In this document: in pieces, positions 60,669 through 64,000 of the stretch | How positions within the stretch are numbered: the first letter of the stretch is position 1 | How the letters are laid out: each line of letters begins with the position of its first letter | Source of the DNA: a virus | Taxonomy: Duplodnaviria > Caudoviricetes | Strand: one strand, 5' to 3' | IMG/VR virus record: IMGVR_UViG_3300025848_000001 | Location: 32,001-96,000 of that record | Length of the DNA stretch: 64,000 nucleotides | Position numbers and translations under genes: made by a program | Notes under the pieces: generated by a model | Databases searched by the model: none | What the model was told of the DNA's origin: nothing | Seen by the model: only the letters and a program-made list of their open reading frames with translations

Positions 60669-61616
60669 TTAGCTATTAATTGCTTTTTCTGAATTAATTA
60701 ATTGTCCTATTTGATTAGGCAGCATTCCTTTAATTGGAGTAGATGTAGACTTAATCAAATCAAGAATTTGCTGTGCAGTTAAATTAGGCTTAGCAGTAGA
60801 TATTTGTAGCCATTTTGCTGCTGCAATTTGTGTGGATACAGATGTTCCATATGCGTATCCAGTTTGACCTCCTGGGAAAATAACTGGACTTGATATTGAA
60901 GCAAACATATCAATTAAATTAGGATCATAATTACTTGTTCTGGATATAAATGAACCTGAAGAACCCAAATCATCTGCACCTCCAACAGCAATTGCAAGAG
61001 GAGAACATGCGGGCCAATCAATTCTTTGAGAGTCTCTGTTGTTTCCAGCAGCAAAGAATACTGGGATATTTGCATCCCAAAAAGATTTAAGAATATTATC
61101 TACTGGAGTTGCTGGGCAATATGCAGAACCGCTACGTAAATTATGATGTCCTTGTGACATAGAAACAGCTTTAATATTATACTTTTCTTTATTGTTAAAA
61201 ATCCATGTCAAAGCATTTGGCACAGTATTTGTTCCAGTAGTTTGACGACTACCTGTTGATGTGTTTCCAATAATTCTAACAAATAAAATATTCATGTTTG
61301 GATTATTAGCGATTGCAATTGAAACCATCTGCGTTCCGTGGCTGAAGTTAGAAGTGCTTAATATAGACTGAAATAAATAAGTTGACCCTGAACCTTCCAT
61401 AAATTTTGTATTATTTGGACAAGAAGGCCAATCTAAAATACAAACTTCGTGAATAAGCTTTTGTTTAATTGATGGTACAGTAAAGTCAACAGCAGTATCA
61501 ATTACTGCTAATGTTGGGACTTGAGTACTGTTTTTTAATCCTGCCTTATTTGCATGAGCAGGTAGCGATGTTATAAGTAGTAGTGTGGCTACTAGAGCCG
61601 TTATTAGTTTTTTCAT
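60669..61616 (-). CDS. Secreted subtilisin-like S8 peptidase
   Basis: Signal peptide; AVIDT, HGT, AAGN, GTS catalytic motifs. Confidence 0.88.
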   Translation of the reverse strand: MKKLITALVATLLLITSLPAHANKAGLKNSTQVPTLAVIDTAVDFTVPSIKQKLIHEVCILDWPSCPNNTKFMEGSGSTYLFQSILSTSNFSHGTQMVSIAIANNPNMNILFVRIIGNTSTGSRQTTGTNTVPNALTWIFNNKEKYNIKAVSMSQGHHNLRSGSAYCPATPVDNILKSFWDANIPVFFAAGNNRDSQRIDWPACSPLAIAVGGADDLGSSGSFISRTSNYDPNLIDMFASISSPVIFPGGQTGYAYGTSVSTQIAAAKWLQISTAKPNLTAQQILDLIKSTSTPIKGMLPNQIGQLINSEKAINS

Positions 61617-61830
61617 GTATGTATTTTACTAAAATACTACTGGATTGTCAATAGTTATTACTGTTGTGGGGGCAAACGTCTTGGATACCATTTACCAGAA
61701 TCCATACGTACATTTTCTTGCGGAGCATTCTGAGCATTAATAATGCTATTAATAATTTCATGTACCAAATCTAATTCAATTCTAAGCTTATAAATCTCTA
61801 GTTCTAATATATTAATTCTTTGCGACTTTC

Positions 61831-62055
61831 TCATTCCGATCCATCTCTATCTATTGGCGTTGGAGCCGTTGCTAATGTACCACAATTGGCACATTCCATG
61901 TCTAAAAAATAACTTGCAATTTCAAAATTATAAAAAATTACTTTTAAATTAAAAATATCACAACCACAAGGACAAACATGAGTGGGAACTCCACGAACAT
62001 CCATAGCCTGACTATAGTCTGGTTTTAGATTATTTACATCCTGTGGCTCTTCCAT
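61831..62055 (-). CDS. Zn-binding hypothetical protein
   Basis: RGVPTHVCPCG...ECANCG..ATAPTP. Confidence 0.7.
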   Translation of the reverse strand: MEEPQDVNNLKPDYSQAMDVRGVPTHVCPCGCDIFNLKVIFYNFEIASYFLDMECANCGTLATAPTPIDRDGSE

Positions 62056-62069
62056 TAAATAATTATATC

Positions 62070-62636
62070 CTATACTTCTATAATTGTAAAGGGACCTCTT
62101 ACGCTCATTATAAACTTTGCAGATGACTCTAATGCCATCCTAACACGTTTACGTGGAGTTTTTATAGTACCTGTTGAAAATAGAGATCCCAATGCCACTT
62201 GCTGTCCACTTCCCTCTGCTAAGTATTCTACATCTACTTCTGAAACATGATAGTCTACGTCCATTGTAAAAATTCTACCAGTATTTTGAACAGCAATTAT
62301 TATAATCCCACCCTCATCACCATCTTCTGTTCCTTGACCAAACCTTCCGTAACCATGTTCTTGATATGCTTCTTTGATTGATTCAACAAACTTAGTTCTC
62401 ATAAATTTATCTAAGTTTTTAAAACCTGCAGTAGGTTTATAAACTGGAGGAGTCCAATTGTATTGAAGAATTTGACCCATTCTAAAACTGTCAACAAAGC
62501 CTATGCCAAATTGACCAACTTTAAAAACTTTTGGATCTGTTGTTTGTAAAATTAAACCAGACTTTTCATCAGATGCGGCTGAGTCACCACCAAGAAACAC
62601 TTTATTACCAACTGAGAGGGCTACTATACAGGTCAT
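62070..62636 (-). CDS. Ntn-hydrolase, HslV/proteasome beta-like
   Basis: N-terminal MTCIVA, GGDSA, PKVF, GSG...ALG.L. Confidence 0.75.
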   Translation of the reverse strand: MTCIVALSVGNKVFLGGDSAASDEKSGLILQTTDPKVFKVGQFGIGFVDSFRMGQILQYNWTPPVYKPTAGFKNLDKFMRTKFVESIKEAYQEHGYGRFGQGTEDGDEGGIIIIAVQNTGRIFTMDVDYHVSEVDVEYLAEGSGQQVALGSLFSTGTIKTPRKRVRMALESSAKFIMSVRGPFTIIEV

Positions 62637-62649
62637 ATACCCTATTGTA

Positions 62650-62973
62650 CTATTTATAAAATTCGGAGTCTATATCCTCATGCATTTCAATATGGCTAAG
62701 CTGAGTCAAAGCATTTTCTAATTCAGCTTTAAGCCCAATTAATTCCTGAATGGCATTATAATATTTATCTTTCCACTCAGTTAATTCCTTTTCTAATTTA
62801 TATAGGTCTATTTTAAGGTCTTTTATTTCTAATTTAAGGTGGTCTTTTTCTCGCTCTTCCCGCCTGACCTTTTCTTTTTTAGAGTCCCTGATCCCAGCTA
62901 TTATGGCCGTACCCATACCGCTTAAAATTGCTGCAAGAAGAGACAATACAACTGTCACATAATTAATATCCAT
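62650..62973 (-). CDS. Membrane-anchored coiled-coil protein
   Basis: N-terminal TM segment followed by heptad repeats. Confidence 0.65.
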   Translation of the reverse strand: MDINYVTVVLSLLAAILSGMGTAIIAGIRDSKKEKVRREEREKDHLKLEIKDLKIDLYKLEKELTEWKDKYYNAIQELIGLKAELENALTQLSHIEMHEDIDSEFYK

Positions 62974-63003
62974 TATAGTACTAATTATACAGTAAAATTA
63001 GAT

Positions 63004-63240
63004 TTAAACTAATAATTCTGAAGCAGTTATTTCTTGACCGATATATCTTTTCTTCTGAATTACTTCTTTTACAAATTCATGACCACTTGATCTGCCTGCT
63101 AGTATTACTACCCAGCGTGGCTCATATTTAGAATCAATACAGGTTTGGCACATAAATAAATTAATAGGCATTAAAGTAGATTGCCTTACAGATAATTTAT
63201 TCTTAGTCTTATTGCATGAATAGCAAAGTATTTTTTCCAT
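63004..63240 (-). CDS. Zn-binding hypothetical protein
   Basis: CYSC...CQTC...EPRW. Confidence 0.7.
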   Translation of the reverse strand: MEKILCYSCNKTKNKLSVRQSTLMPINLFMCQTCIDSKYEPRWVVILAGRSSGHEFVKEVIQKKRYIGQEITASELLV

Positions 63241-63381
63241 TATTCCTCTTCTATGAAGGTGAGATCTTCATTTTCAATATCTTCATATTGAATTTTACCA
63301 TCTTTAAAATATCTAACTTTTGACATAAATAATCCTATAGAGACAGCTTCTCCATAAAGATTTTCAGAATGTATTAACACT

Positions 63382-63699
63382 CTAACCGATTCCCTTTGCA
63401 CTTGGTACCCCTTCAAGTTCGCATCTTACCCCGTAGGACTCTATCATCTTTTTTACTCTCATAACATAATCTATAACTTGTTCTTTTTTACTTCCTGTAA
63501 ACTGTATAAAGTTATCTTCATATAATCTTAAAGCTAGAAATTCTGGATATTTAACAACATCCATTTCTAAAAGAAGTGGCTTATTCATTTCCCTAAGCCT
63601 TTTTCTCATCTCTTCGTTGTAAAACACTGGCTTGTTAGGTTCACCAGTCCATAAATTAATACCATGTTTAAAATGGTGTTTATCGTTATTAAATACCAT
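63382..63699 (-). CDS. Hypothetical protein
   Basis: 105 aa ORF coupled to whiB. Confidence 0.7.
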   Translation of the reverse strand: MVFNNDKHHFKHGINLWTGEPNKPVFYNEEMRKRLREMNKPLLLEMDVVKYPEFLALRLYEDNFIQFTGSKKEQVIDYVMRVKKMIESYGVRCELEGVPSAKGIG

Positions 63700-64000
63700 T
63701 TTTTTTATTAACTTGTTTCCAAATATCTTTTGTTTTATGAGTATTTCTCATTTTATCCACTCCGCCAGCATTTAAATAAATGCCTCCCCAAACACCATAC
63801 TCATTGTTTTCTACACCAGCTTGGTAGCACATAGCCATTACTGGACATGATAGACAACACTGATCTATATTAGTTGCTATTTTTGGATCAAGCTCGTACT
63901 TATCAAAAAATAAATTTGTATCCATTCCCTGGCATGCTGCTAAATGCCACCAATTAAGGTTATCTTCGTCCGTATTTAAATCATTTAAAATATTTGACAT
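63689..64000 (-). CDS. whiB: WhiB-family Fe-S transcription factor
   Basis: W..LAAC.G.DT.LFF...C..CPV...C......EYGVWGG. Confidence 0.88.
   Translation of the reverse strand: MSNILNDLNTDEDNLNWWHLAACQGMDTNLFFDKYELDPKIATNIDQCCLSCPVMAMCYQAGVENNEYGVWGGIYLNAGGVDKMRNTHKTKDIWKQVNKKNGI

Overview
64 kb of a large, AT-rich tailed phage of Actinobacteria. WhiB, an Lsr2-like domain, an MSMEG_6728-type glycosylase and actinobacterial regulator boxes point to the host phylum; a low-GC freshwater actinobacterial host is an inference. Layout: (i) 1-26.6 kb, minus strand: head genes (major capsid, protease/scaffold, portal) and many fibre/adhesin genes, interrupted by a cassette of five 2OG-Fe(II) oxygenases, a DUF6065-like gene and a GT4 glycosyltransferase sitting between a Pro/Phe-repeat FN3 protein and a Thr-rich collagen. 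(ii) 26.6-33.5 kb: class II RNR, an SLT-like transglycosylase, a parS-like site, tRNA-Ile(UAU) and a two-gene cassette. (iii) 33.6-44.5 kb, plus strand: a probable early region of about 40 small genes. (iv) 45-64 kb, minus strand: auxiliary metabolic and accessory genes. The most striking signal is in the early region. Thirteen promoters match TGTCRG-N10-TAnnnT with exact spacing, which is the RecA-NDp/PafBC DNA-damage promoter of Actinobacteria. They are interleaved with about 10 CRP/GlxR boxes, GACAC (WhiA-type) boxes, two perfect DnaA boxes and a phased multipartite repeat. A stand-alone ~125-nt RNA in the same region is complementary to the shared ribosome-binding leader of the early genes. 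All calls come from reading the sequence by eye; no database searches were run.
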